The translations under genes and the position numbers were made by a program. From contig CANJWH010000007.1 of the NCBI GenBank assembly GCA_947478465.1, positions 10,794 to 74,793 on the forward strand: a DNA stretch of 64,000 nucleotides, written 5' to 3'. Below, in pieces: positions 9,776 through 19,586 of the stretch. Within the stretch, counting starts at the first letter, position 1; each line of letters begins with the position of its first letter. The stretch is from Bacteroidota bacterium. Lineage in GTDB: Bacteria > Bacteroidota > Bacteroidia > SXHM01. A model generated the notes under the pieces. The model saw only the letters and a program-made list of their open reading frames with translations, searched no databases and was not told where the DNA came from.

Positions 9776-10759
9776 ATGAAAAAAAACATTGCCATCATCA
9801 TGGGCGGAGACTCTTCGGAGTCGGTGATATCACTTAAAAGTGCAGATGTTGTTCAGAAATATCTGGACAAAGAAAAATATGCACCTTACAAGGTTTTAAT
9901 CAGCAAACAGAAATGGGCTGTTGTTGAGGGTGAACAAGAGTTTGCGTTGGATAAAAACGATTTCAGTTCAATTCTCAACGGTCAAAAAATAAAATTTGAC
10001 GCAGTGTTCAACGCTATTCACGGTACTCCCGGTGAAGATGGAAAATTGCAAGGCTATTTTGAATTGCTAAATATTCCTTATTCGTCTTCTGGTGTGTTGG
10101 GTTCGGCACTTACGTTCAGCAAAGGAACATGCAATGCTGTTATTAAAGCATGGGGATTGGCAAACACTGCAAAGTCTGTTATAGTAAGAAAAGGTGAAGA
10201 TGTTAATGATGCAGAAATTATTTCCAATCTTGGATTACCTTGTTTTGTAAAACCTAATAATGGAGGCAGTAGTTTTGGCGCATCAAAAGTTAAAGAAGCA
10301 GGGCAATTAAAATCTGCTTTAGCTAAGGCATTTGAACACGATCCGGAAGCTATCGTTGAGGAATTTCTTCCCGGAACAGAAGTAACCTGCGGGGTATTTC
10401 GATATGCTGGAAAAACAACAGTTCTGCCCATTACCGAGATTGTTCCTAAAAATGAATTCTTTGATTTTGAAGCAAAATATAAAGGTGCTTCGGAAGAGGT
10501 AACTCCAGCGCGAATTTCTAAAGATCTTACAGACGAAATTCAGCGCATCACAGGAACAGTGTTTGAAAAGCTTGGACTAAAAGGTATGTCTCGCATTGAC
10601 TTTATTATAAAAAAAAACGTCCCTTATCTGGTAGAGGTAAATACAACTCCAGGTTTAAGTGAACAAAGTATTGTTCCTCAACAGGCTCGTTCGGTTGGTA
10701 TTTCGTTGACCGACTTATTCGGAATGATGATAGAGGAAAGTCTCAATTCTAATATATAA
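9776..10759 (+). CDS. ddl: D-alanine--D-alanine ligase
   Basis: 327 aa; MKKNIAIIMGGDSSE..., HGTPGEDGKLQGYFELLNIPY, ATP-grasp C-terminal region. Confidence 0.9.
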   Translation: MKKNIAIIMGGDSSESVISLKSADVVQKYLDKEKYAPYKVLISKQKWAVVEGEQEFALDKNDFSSILNGQKIKFDAVFNAIHGTPGEDGKLQGYFELLNIPYSSSGVLGSALTFSKGTCNAVIKAWGLANTAKSVIVRKGEDVNDAEIISNLGLPCFVKPNNGGSSFGASKVKEAGQLKSALAKAFEHDPEAIVEEFLPGTEVTCGVFRYAGKTTVLPITEIVPKNEFFDFEAKYKGASEEVTPARISKDLTDEIQRITGTVFEKLGLKGMSRIDFIIKKNVPYLVEVNTTPGLSEQSIVPQQARSVGISLTDLFGMMIEESLNSNI

Positions 10760-10762
10760 ACA

Positions 10763-11167
10763 ATGAATTACTGGCTTGTAAAATCAGAACCCAATGCCTA
10801 TTCGTGGGATGAATTGATTAAAGATGGTTCAACTGCTTGGACGGGTGTACGCAACTATGCCGCCCGAAATCACATGCGTGCAATGAAAAAGGGGGATCAC
10901 GTTTTCTTTTATCATAGTAACGAGGGCAAAGAGATTGTTGGGCTAACAAAAGTTGTAAAAGAGTTTTATCCCGACCCAACAGCCTCAGGCGAGGACTGGA
11001 GTGTAGTAGAACTTGCACCCCTTAAAACGTTTAAGAAAACAATTACCCTTTCTCAGATAAAATCCGAAAATCGTTTAAAAAACATGTGGTTGGTAAAACA
11101 GGGCAGGTTGTCGGTAATGCCTGTTACTGCTGATGAATACGACTGTATACTTGGATTAAGCAAGTAG
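10763..11167 (+). CDS. EVE (PUA-like) domain protein
   Basis: 134 aa; MNYWLVKSEPNAYSWDELIKDG...VGLTKVVKEFYPDP matches EVE domain consensus. Confidence 0.85.
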   Translation: MNYWLVKSEPNAYSWDELIKDGSTAWTGVRNYAARNHMRAMKKGDHVFFYHSNEGKEIVGLTKVVKEFYPDPTASGEDWSVVELAPLKTFKKTITLSQIKSENRLKNMWLVKQGRLSVMPVTADEYDCILGLSK

Positions 11168-11261
11168 CCTGACTTGTATAATTTTATGAATTAATAATTG
11201 TCGATTACACATCAGCAATTATCAATTAAATCCTACCTTCGCCAGCCAAATTAATTTAAGG

Positions 11262-13577
11262 ATGAAGAATTCAGTTAAAGTTTTGTTGCTATTGCTTTTA
11301 AGCACTTTGGGGGCGTTTGCCCAAACCGGCACTCTGCGTGGTTTTGTGTATGAAAAAGCATCGGGCGAGCCGGTTATTTTTACTAACGTATTTCTTAAAG
11401 GAACTTCTATAGGTTCGGCTACAGATGTAAACGGTTTTTACCAGATTATGAAAGTGCCGGTTGGTGATTACAAACTTGCAGTTACAGGTATTGGTTATGA
11501 TACAATTTTCAAAAGCATCACCGTAAAAGCCAACGAAATCACAACAGATAAATTATACATGGAAAAAACTGCAGTGAAACTCAACACTGTTGATATTTCT
11601 GCAGAAAAAGAAGAAAAGAAAACAGAGGTTAAGATTTCAATCAACAAAATTACCCCGCGCGAAATGAAGATGGTTCCTTCCGTTGGTGGCGAACCTGATT
11701 TTGCTCAGGTGTTGCAAATTCAACCGGGAGTAATTTTTACAGGTGACCAGGGAGGGCAGCTCTACATCCGTGGAGGTTCACCTGTGCAGAATAAAGTTTT
11801 GCTCGATGGAATGGTAATTTATAATCCCTTTCACAGCATAGGGTTGTTTTCGGTTTTTGATACCGATATTATTCGCAATGCCGATGTTTATACTGGTGGC
11901 TTTACTGCAGAATATGGCGGGCGTATTTCATCAATCATGGACATAACAACCAAAAACGGTAATAACAAACGCATTTCAGGAAAAATTTCTGCAAGCCCTT
12001 TTGGTGCCAATGCAATTCTGGAGGGTCCAATTATAAAACCTAAGCAGGAAGGTGGCGGAGGTTTATCGTTTATCTTTTCAGGAAAAACTTCTTATCTGCA
12101 ACAATCTTCAAAATTATTTTATCCCTATATCAATAATAAAAACGGATTGCCTTTTAACTACACCGATTTGTATGGAAAAATTTCTGCAACAGGTGGAAAC
12201 GGCAGCAAATTCAACCTGTTTGGATTTAATTTTACGGACAATGTAAAATACCAGGCATTGTCAGATTTAAAATGGAATCAATATGGAGTTGGAAGTAATT
12301 TCATTTTAGTGCCCGGAGGTTCAACAACACTTATTCAGGGAAACTTTGCTTATTCAAACTATAAAATTTCATTAGGCGAGCAAGATCAGAAACCACGCGA
12401 AAGCAGCATTAATGGATTTAATCTGGGATTGGCCTTTGTATATTATTCAGGAAAAAATGAATTAAAATACGGATTGGAAGTTTTGGGTTTCAAAACAGAT
12501 TTTACTTTTTATAATTCTGCAAATCGTAAAATTGAACAGCAGGAAAATACTACCGAGTTTGCTGCTTATGTGAAATACCGTGCTAATGTTGGAAAATTGG
12601 TGCTTGAGCCTAGCTTTCGTTTCCATTATTACGCTTCACTTTCCACTCCATCATTTGAGCCAAGGTTGGGTGCCAAATACAACATTACCAACTGGCTCAG
12701 GATAAAATATGCAGGAGGTTTTTATTCACAAAATCTGCTGAGTGCTAATTCAGACAGAGATGTGGTGAATTTGTTTTATGGTTTTCTTTCAGGACCCGAT
12801 AACCTTCCAAAACAATTTCAAGGTCAGGATGTAAAGCATAAACTGCAAAAGTCCATTCACAATATTGCGGGCTTTGAAGTTGATTTAACTAAACGCATTA
12901 GCCTGAATATTGAAGGATATATAAAACTGTTTACGCAACTCACCAACATTAACCGCGACAAAATATTTGATGATAACGCAGCTAATGCAGACGTTCCAGA
13001 TATTTTGAAAAAAGATTACATCATTGAAAAAGGTAAAGCAATGGGTATTGATTTCCTTTTAAAATATGACTACAAACGTTTCTATTTCTGGGGTGTTTAT
13101 TCATTAGCAAAGAATACACGCACAGACGAGTTAAGAACTTATGCACCGGTGTTTGACCGCAGACATAATGTAAACATAGTAGCAGCCTATAAATTAGGCA
13201 AAACATTAAGTTGGGAGTTAAGTGTTCGCTGGAATCTTGGTTCAGGATTTCCGTTTACCAAAACACAAGGCTATTACCCTAACCTGAATTTTTCTGGCGG
13301 AATAACAACCAATTATACCACAGCAAATAATACAGACAATGCATCACTAGGAATTGTTTACGGTGATATAAATACAGGAAGACTTTCATACTACCACCGC
13401 TTTGACCTTTCTGTGAAGAAAACGGTAACATTCACTAAAAATACAACGCTTGAGTTTAATCTTAGCGTAACCAATGTTTATAACAGAGAGAACGTGTTTT
13501 ATTTCGACAGGATTAAATACCAGCGAGTAAATCAGTTGCCAATCTTGCCAAGTCTTGGTATTGCTTTTAGATTTTAG
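11262..13577 (+). CDS. TonB-dependent receptor with N-terminal carboxypeptidase-regulatory-like (CarbD) domain and plug domain
   Basis: 771 aa; signal peptide, CarbD-like GFVYEKASGEPV...DVNGFYQI, plug region, C-terminal ...GIAFRF terminal Phe. Confidence 0.85.
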   Translation: MKNSVKVLLLLLLSTLGAFAQTGTLRGFVYEKASGEPVIFTNVFLKGTSIGSATDVNGFYQIMKVPVGDYKLAVTGIGYDTIFKSITVKANEITTDKLYMEKTAVKLNTVDISAEKEEKKTEVKISINKITPREMKMVPSVGGEPDFAQVLQIQPGVIFTGDQGGQLYIRGGSPVQNKVLLDGMVIYNPFHSIGLFSVFDTDIIRNADVYTGGFTAEYGGRISSIMDITTKNGNNKRISGKISASPFGANAILEGPIIKPKQEGGGGLSFIFSGKTSYLQQSSKLFYPYINNKNGLPFNYTDLYGKISATGGNGSKFNLFGFNFTDNVKYQALSDLKWNQYGVGSNFILVPGGSTTLIQGNFAYSNYKISLGEQDQKPRESSINGFNLGLAFVYYSGKNELKYGLEVLGFKTDFTFYNSANRKIEQQENTTEFAAYVKYRANVGKLVLEPSFRFHYYASLSTPSFEPRLGAKYNITNWLRIKYAGGFYSQNLLSANSDRDVVNLFYGFLSGPDNLPKQFQGQDVKHKLQKSIHNIAGFEVDLTKRISLNIEGYIKLFTQLTNINRDKIFDDNAANADVPDILKKDYIIEKGKAMGIDFLLKYDYKRFYFWGVYSLAKNTRTDELRTYAPVFDRRHNVNIVAAYKLGKTLSWELSVRWNLGSGFPFTKTQGYYPNLNFSGGITTNYTTANNTDNASLGIVYGDINTGRLSYYHRFDLSVKKTVTFTKNTTLEFNLSVTNVYNRENVFYFDRIKYQRVNQLPILPSLGIAFRF

Positions 13578-13580
13578 TCT

Positions 13581-14225
13581 ATGGATTTTCTGCCAGAAGA
13601 AATCGAGAAGTTTGTGGAGGAACACACCCGTCCTGAATCTGAAGTTCTCAAACAGCTTAACCGCGAAACTTACGCAAAGGTGTTGATGCCTCGTATGCTT
13701 TCAGGCCATGTGCAGGGGCAGGTGCTGCGTATGCTTAGCCTGATGATCAAGCCGAAATATATTCTGGAAGTGGGAACGTTTACGGGCTATTCAGGCATTT
13801 GTCTATCAGAAGGTTTGTCGGAAGGCGGTAAACTAATTACCATTGATGTGAATGCGGAATTGGAAGATATGGTTCGTAAATATTTTAAACTGGCAGGAGC
13901 AGATAATAAAATTGATTACCGCATAGGAAACGCCATGCAGATAATTCCTGCTCTAAGTGAAAAGTTTGACCTTGTATTTATTGATGCCGATAAAGAAAAT
14001 TATTCAAACTATTACGACTTAGTATTCGATAAAGTGAATACCGGAGGCTATATCATTGCTGATAATGTTCTGTGGAGCGGTAAAGTAACAGAGCCTAAAG
14101 AGAAGATGGATAAGGATACCAGAGCCATTGTTTCTTACTCAGAAAAAATTCATGCCGACAGCCGTGTTGAAAATGTTTTATTTCCTGTGCGTGATGGTTT
14201 GCTTGTTGCAAGAAAAATCATTTAA
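13581..14225 (+). CDS. class I SAM-dependent O-methyltransferase (family 3, caffeoyl-CoA OMT-like)
   Basis: 214 aa; ILEVGTFTGYSGICLSEGL..ITIDVN motif I, DLVFIDADKENY. Confidence 0.85.
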   Translation: MDFLPEEIEKFVEEHTRPESEVLKQLNRETYAKVLMPRMLSGHVQGQVLRMLSLMIKPKYILEVGTFTGYSGICLSEGLSEGGKLITIDVNAELEDMVRKYFKLAGADNKIDYRIGNAMQIIPALSEKFDLVFIDADKENYSNYYDLVFDKVNTGGYIIADNVLWSGKVTEPKEKMDKDTRAIVSYSEKIHADSRVENVLFPVRDGLLVARKII

Positions 14226-14307
14226 TTTGCCTGCATCTAATTAAATCTCGCCTATAGAAAATTTCTACTAAATACTTTGCCGAAAAAAGTTTTTTAGAAA
14301 TTTCTCC

Positions 14308-15426
14308 TTGAAAAAAATTATCGTTTCAGTAACTAATGACCTCAGCACTGATCAGCGTGTTGACCGTGTTTGCAATACCTTGCAACGAAACGGCTTTGAT
14401 GTGTTATTGATTGGTAGAGAATTGAAAAACAGTAAGCCTTTAAACCTTCGTGCATATCAAACACACCGCATGAAATTGTGGTTTGAAAAAGGTTTTCTCT
14501 TTTATGCTTCGTTCAACATCAGTTTGTTCTTTTTTCTTTTATTTGCAAAGGCAGATATATTACTGGCAAATGATTTAGATACTCTGCCTGCAAATTTCTT
14601 TTGTTCCAATATTAAATCTCAACAACTTGTTTACGACAGCCATGAATACTTTACGGGCGTTCCTGAAATTCAAGACCGACCTTTTGTTAAGAAAACCTGG
14701 AAGAGTATTGAACGGTTTATTCTGCCAAAAATTAAACATGCTTATACCGTAAATGAATCCATTGCTAAACTTTATAAAGATGAATACAACATTGACTTCG
14801 GGGTTGTAAGAAATTTTCCTTTAAGAAGAGCTGTTGTAAAATTTAAAACCCGCAGAGAACTTCATTTGCCTGAGGATAAAAAAATAATAATCCTGCAAGG
14901 TTCAGGAATAAATGTGGATAGAGGAGGAGAGGAGGCTGTTAAGGCAATGGAGTTTTTAGATAATGCAGTTTTATTGATTATCGGAAGCGGTGATGTTATT
15001 GATAGATTGAAAGAAATGAGTGAAATGCCTGGAATAAAAGGAAAAGTAATTTTCAAGGGAAAGCTTGCATATTCTGAAATGATGGAATTCACCGCAAATG
15101 CGGATGTGGGAATTTCGTTTGATAAAGACACAAACATCAACTATCGTTTCAGTCTTCCCAATAAGATCTTTGACTACATACAATGTGGAGTTCCTGTTCT
15201 TGCCTCTCGTTTGCCGGAAATTGAAAAAGTTATAACCGCTTATCGTGTTGGTGATTTTATTGATAATCATGAACCCAAACATATTGCTGCAAAGTTGAAC
15301 GAAATGCTTGCAGATGATATCAAACTGAATGTGTGGAAGGCCAATGCTTCTGAAGCTTCAAGAATTTTAAATTGGGAAAACGAAGAAAAAAACGTAATTA
15401 ATATTTTTTCAAATCTTGGCGGGTAA
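14308..15426 (+). CDS. glycosyltransferase family 4 (GT-B, group 1); TTG start
   Basis: 372 aa; C-terminal GT1 motif region (EGFGLP-like VPVLASRLPEIEKV). Confidence 0.75.
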   Translation: MKKIIVSVTNDLSTDQRVDRVCNTLQRNGFDVLLIGRELKNSKPLNLRAYQTHRMKLWFEKGFLFYASFNISLFFFLLFAKADILLANDLDTLPANFFCSNIKSQQLVYDSHEYFTGVPEIQDRPFVKKTWKSIERFILPKIKHAYTVNESIAKLYKDEYNIDFGVVRNFPLRRAVVKFKTRRELHLPEDKKIIILQGSGINVDRGGEEAVKAMEFLDNAVLLIIGSGDVIDRLKEMSEMPGIKGKVIFKGKLAYSEMMEFTANADVGISFDKDTNINYRFSLPNKIFDYIQCGVPVLASRLPEIEKVITAYRVGDFIDNHEPKHIAAKLNEMLADDIKLNVWKANASEASRILNWENEEKNVINIFSNLGG

Positions 15427-16558
15427 ACATTTACATATTGTATCCTTTGATATTCCACTGCCTGCAAATTATGGCGGTGCAATTGATGTGTTTTACAAAA
15501 TCAAAGCCTTTGCTGCAGAAGGAATTAAAATTCACCTTCATTGCTACGAGTATGGAAGAAAGCCGGTTAAAGAACTTGAAGAGTATTGCGTAAGCGTTAA
15601 TTATTACAAACGCAAAACAACACGGCAGCACTTATTAAGCATAAAGCCATATATTGTTGTTACACGTAATTCAGATGAATTAATTGATAATCTGTTGAAG
15701 GATAAGCACCCGATTTTGTTCGAGGGCCTTCATTGTTGTTACTACTTAGATGATAAGCGACTTGCAGGAAGAACAAAGATTGTCCGCACACATAATATAG
15801 AGCACGATTACTATTTAAATCTTGCGCGTGTGGAGCGCGATGTTTTTAAGAAATATTATTTCTATAACGAATCATATAAACTCCAACGTTTTGAAAAAGT
15901 ATTGAACCACGCCAATGCTATTGCGGCTATTTCAAAGAATGATTTTGATTATTTTGCTGAGAAATACAGAAATGTTAATCATGTCAGCGCTTTTCATCCT
16001 AACGAAAAGGTGGAAATAAAATCCGGTAAATGGGAATTTGTATTGTACCATGGAAGTCTTGAAGTAGGCGAAAACAATGAGGCTGCACTATTTCTTGTTA
16101 ATCAGGTTTTCAGTGATTTGGAAATTCCGCTTGTAATTGCAGGTAATAAACCTTCCAAAGAATTGAAAGAAGCTGTTGCCAGATACAAGCATATTACTTT
16201 AAAGAGCGATATCTCAACTACTGAGATCTATCAACTCATTGCTGATGCACAGATTAATATTCTTCCTACGTTTCAATCAACCGGAATTAAATTGAAACTG
16301 CTTGCAGCGCTTTACAGTGGCAGGCATTGTATCGTTAATTCATTTATGGTTGAGAATACCGGATTGGAAGAGATTTGCAGTATTGCCAATACTTCACTTG
16401 AAATGCAGGAAACTGTGAAGGAATTATTTACTCAGCAATTTACACAGAGTGAAATTGATAAACGAAAGGAGATACTCCTCAGCGGTTTCGGAAATCGTGA
16501 AAATATATTGAAGTTGATTAAGGTTATCTATCTTCCTCAACCTGCTGTTGCGGATTGA
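15416..16558 (+). CDS. glycosyltransferase (GT-B, mannosyltransferase-like); TTG start overlapping upstream GT by 11 bp
   Basis: 380 aa; N-terminal HIVSFDIPLPANYGGAIDVFYKIKAF typical of GT-B N-domain. Confidence 0.65.
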   Translation: MAGKHLHIVSFDIPLPANYGGAIDVFYKIKAFAAEGIKIHLHCYEYGRKPVKELEEYCVSVNYYKRKTTRQHLLSIKPYIVVTRNSDELIDNLLKDKHPILFEGLHCCYYLDDKRLAGRTKIVRTHNIEHDYYLNLARVERDVFKKYYFYNESYKLQRFEKVLNHANAIAAISKNDFDYFAEKYRNVNHVSAFHPNEKVEIKSGKWEFVLYHGSLEVGENNEAALFLVNQVFSDLEIPLVIAGNKPSKELKEAVARYKHITLKSDISTTEIYQLIADAQINILPTFQSTGIKLKLLAALYSGRHCIVNSFMVENTGLEEICSIANTSLEMQETVKELFTQQFTQSEIDKRKEILLSGFGNRENILKLIKVIYLPQPAVAD

Positions 16559-17252
16559 TTTGCTGGCGCTGCGGCATTTCAATTATGATGCCATGTTCAC
16601 ACTTTAATGTGCGAGCTGAAAAACGTTTAAAAAACGAATAGTTATGCGTTGCCATAATTACTGCTTTCCCGTTCTTACTGATTTCAATCATAAGTTGAAG
16701 AATTCCTAAGGATGTATCAGGGTCAAGGTTGCCGGTTGGCTCATCGGCAAGGATTAAATCAGGGTCATTTAGCAGAGCACGGGCAATGGAAACCCTTTGC
16801 TGCTCGCCACCAGAAAGCTGGTGTGTCATCTTTTTTTCTCTTCCGGAAAGCCCTGTTCTCTCAAGCACTTCTTTAATTTTTAAATCCATTTTAGTTTTGT
16901 CTTCCCAGCCGGTGGCTTTCATCACAAATATCAAGTTGTCATAAACATTTCTGTCTGAAAGCAACTGAAAATCCTGAAACACAATTCCAAGTTTTCTTCG
17001 CAAAAAAGGAACTTCTTCTTCCTTGATATTTTCTAATTGGTAACCCGCAACAGTAGCATTTCCTTTAAGTAAGGGAAGATCTGCATACAGTGTGCGCATA
17101 AAACTGCTTTTTCCGCTGCCGGTGCGCCCTATAAGGTAGACAAACTCTCCTTTGTGAATATTGAGAGAAATATCACTCAACACTAAATTATTGCGCTGGA
17201 GTACTGAAACGTTTGAAAGTTCAACTATCGGTTCTTGCTTATGCTCTGTCAT
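16524..17252 (-). CDS. ftsE: cell-division ABC transporter ATP-binding protein FtsE
   Basis: 242 aa; Walker [10 protein letters not shown], signature LSGGEQQR, Walker [13 protein letters not shown]; 3' end overlaps convergent GT gene by 35 bp. Confidence 0.85.
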   Translation of the reverse strand: MTEHKQEPIVELSNVSVLQRNNLVLSDISLNIHKGEFVYLIGRTGSGKSSFMRTLYADLPLLKGNATVAGYQLENIKEEEVPFLRRKLGIVFQDFQLLSDRNVYDNLIFVMKATGWEDKTKMDLKIKEVLERTGLSGREKKMTHQLSGGEQQRVSIARALLNDPDLILADEPTGNLDPDTSLGILQLMIEISKNGKAVIMATHNYSFFKRFSARTLKCEHGIIIEMPQRQQINPQQQVEEDR

Positions 17253-17460
17253 GAGTTTTTATTATTGCGCCAAATTAAGAATTATCAGATTTCTAAATCA
17301 TACAATAAATCATAAAATGATGCGTTACTCTTTATGAGAACTAAACTCATTAATCATGTTTATTGCAATTTTTTTATTCGTTTCTATGTTGTTGGCTCAT
17401 ATTGTTGACTATTTGCGAGAAGAGCAAAAACATCATTAAAGACAAATATTAGTCTACTTA

Positions 17461-18345
17461 TTATTCAAAAGCTGACAATACAGGTTTACCTCTCCAGCAA
17501 TCAGGAGTAGTAATATTCAATATTTTTGCCAATGTGGGAGCTGTGAAATATGTTTTCACTTTTTCAGTTATTTCAAATCCTTTTTTAATTCCCGATCCTG
17601 AAATTATCCAAGGGATTTCTTTTTCTGCAATGCTGCTTCCACCATGCCCTTTTCTTATTCCACCGTGATCGGCAGTAATCAGGATTACAGTATTCTCAAA
17701 CATACCTGCTTCTTTTAAAGCTTTTATAATGGCACCTGTTATTGAATCTGCTTTGGCGATTGATTTATAGTATTCAGGTGTGAAATGACCGATGGCATGA
17801 CCGGCATGGTCAACGTGATCGAAGTGCAGGAATAGAAAATCAGGTTGTTTGTTCTTAATGCATTCAATTGCTTTATCAGCCGTTTCATTTTCGTCTTTTG
17901 TATCCTGTAATACGGTGAATGCATTTGTTTCCGTTAGGCGCGCAAAGCCGTCCCAGTCATGATAGCAGGTAATGTTTGCGTTTGCTTTTTGATTTCTCAT
18001 CACACCAAAGATGGTTGGAAAGAGCTTGCCCTTTTCGCATCCGCAGAATGAACGGTTCTTTATTTTATTTACTTCCCATCTGTTTGAATGAATGCTGTGG
18101 CATCTGGGCGGAGCTCCCATAATCATAGAAGCCCAGTTGGGACTGCTTGATGTTGGCATAACAGCATGAGCATGTAATGTCCATGCTCCGTTTTTCATCA
18201 GTTCATTAAAAATAGGAGTTTCGGAATTTCTTACTCCTGCTGCGCTCATGCCGTCAAAACCAAGAACAACAACATGTTTTGTTTCTTGTGCAAACGAAAT
18301 AACACAAATGAATTGAACTAGCAGAATCGAAATCAGTTGTTTCAT
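17461..18345 (-). CDS. type I phosphodiesterase / nucleotide pyrophosphatase (NPP, alkaline-phosphatase superfamily) family protein, secreted
   Basis: 294 aa; signal peptide; VVVLGFDGM, TSSSPNWASMIMG, DHVDHAGHAIG, ITADHGG motifs. Confidence 0.7.
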   Translation of the reverse strand: MKQLISILLVQFICVISFAQETKHVVVLGFDGMSAAGVRNSETPIFNELMKNGAWTLHAHAVMPTSSSPNWASMIMGAPPRCHSIHSNRWEVNKIKNRSFCGCEKGKLFPTIFGVMRNQKANANITCYHDWDGFARLTETNAFTVLQDTKDENETADKAIECIKNKQPDFLFLHFDHVDHAGHAIGHFTPEYYKSIAKADSITGAIIKALKEAGMFENTVILITADHGGIRKGHGGSSIAEKEIPWIISGSGIKKGFEITEKVKTYFTAPTLAKILNITTPDCWRGKPVLSAFE

Positions 18346-18354
18346 ACAAGTATG

Positions 18355-19536
18355 TTATTTTGTCATTGTGATTTTTCCGGTGTATATGTTTTCCATTGAA
18401 ATAGCAAGGTTCATATAGCCTGAAACGTAACCATTTTTTTCATCCACATTCAAATCACTTAACCAAAGTTTAGCAGCTGCATCAGTAAGTTTCTTGTTAG
18501 TCTTGATTGTAATGCTGTTTCCCGGCCTGCCAATATCAAAAACAATGTTTTCAAAATCCAGATTTACTGCATCTTCAGGAATGCCTTTTATGCGTTTAAA
18601 TCCATCGTGACGCCATTTGTCAATGATATTATGTTCAATAAAAATCTCTTTATTCTTATTGTCAGTTTTAAAAACAAAGGGGAAAGAAATTATTCCGCTT
18701 CTGGGTTTTTTTACCCAGTTTTTCTGGCGCTGACTTACATCACGTAAATAGCCGTAAATCAATGAGATTTTATTTTCAATAGTATCTTTCTCAGGACTTA
18801 AATCCAGCCACCACAGCCATTCATACGGATGAATTTCGGGATGACAACTGTGATTGCAATCCAGAACAAAAGCGCCATACATGCCCATCGTTGGATGTTC
18901 ATGCATAAAGTTTTCATGTGCTAAAAGACTTGCACCGGGAAACACGGGATATAAATGTTGGTCCAATAATTTGAAATGTTTTTCTGAAGGAGTGCACTCG
19001 CAATGTATCCGGTATTTATCAATAGTTTCGGGTGTAGGATAAATAAACGGAGGTTTAGTAAAATCTTTTTGTCGTGCAGCTCTTTTTGTTTTCATCTGCG
19101 CCTGATAGGCGCTGAAAAAAATATCCATGTATTTCTTTGTGTGCGGTATAAGATTGTAATTTATATCGTGTTCACGGTAATGAGGTTTTTCATCAGGGTT
19201 GTTTATATTGATAACGGTGCCAACTACTTTTATTTTCTTGCTGTTAATAGAGCGCCAATTCCATCCAAACCAATGAATAATACGACTGCCGATAACACGA
19301 TGACGTTGCTTTTGTCTTTGCAGTATGGAGTCAACGCTGAAGCATTGAATTAAATCTGTCAGTTCTTCGGTAACTGCAATTTTTTCGCGCAATTCTTTTG
19401 CAGGAAGAAAGTAAGTGAGAAGAGCCGGGTCGGTTGCGTCTTTAAATGTTGCGGGAAGCAGAACAGATACCGGTGATTGTGCATGGAGAGAAAATGCGGC
19501 AAGTGCAAGAACAACAATTGTAAACGTTTTTTTCAT
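18355..19536 (-). CDS. secreted hypothetical protein, His/Cys-rich (possible metal-binding)
   Basis: 393 aa; signal peptide MKKTFTIVVLALAAFSLHAQ; motifs HWFGWNW, HENFMHEHPTMGMYGAF, CNHSCHPEIHPYEW. Confidence 0.5.
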   Translation of the reverse strand: MKKTFTIVVLALAAFSLHAQSPVSVLLPATFKDATDPALLTYFLPAKELREKIAVTEELTDLIQCFSVDSILQRQKQRHRVIGSRIIHWFGWNWRSINSKKIKVVGTVININNPDEKPHYREHDINYNLIPHTKKYMDIFFSAYQAQMKTKRAARQKDFTKPPFIYPTPETIDKYRIHCECTPSEKHFKLLDQHLYPVFPGASLLAHENFMHEHPTMGMYGAFVLDCNHSCHPEIHPYEWLWWLDLSPEKDTIENKISLIYGYLRDVSQRQKNWVKKPRSGIISFPFVFKTDNKNKEIFIEHNIIDKWRHDGFKRIKGIPEDAVNLDFENIVFDIGRPGNSITIKTNKKLTDAAAKLWLSDLNVDEKNGYVSGYMNLAISMENIYTGKITMTK

Positions 19537-19586
19537 AGTGTAAAAACGGTTTAAAGGAAATGGTTTATAAATGTAGAAACAAATTT

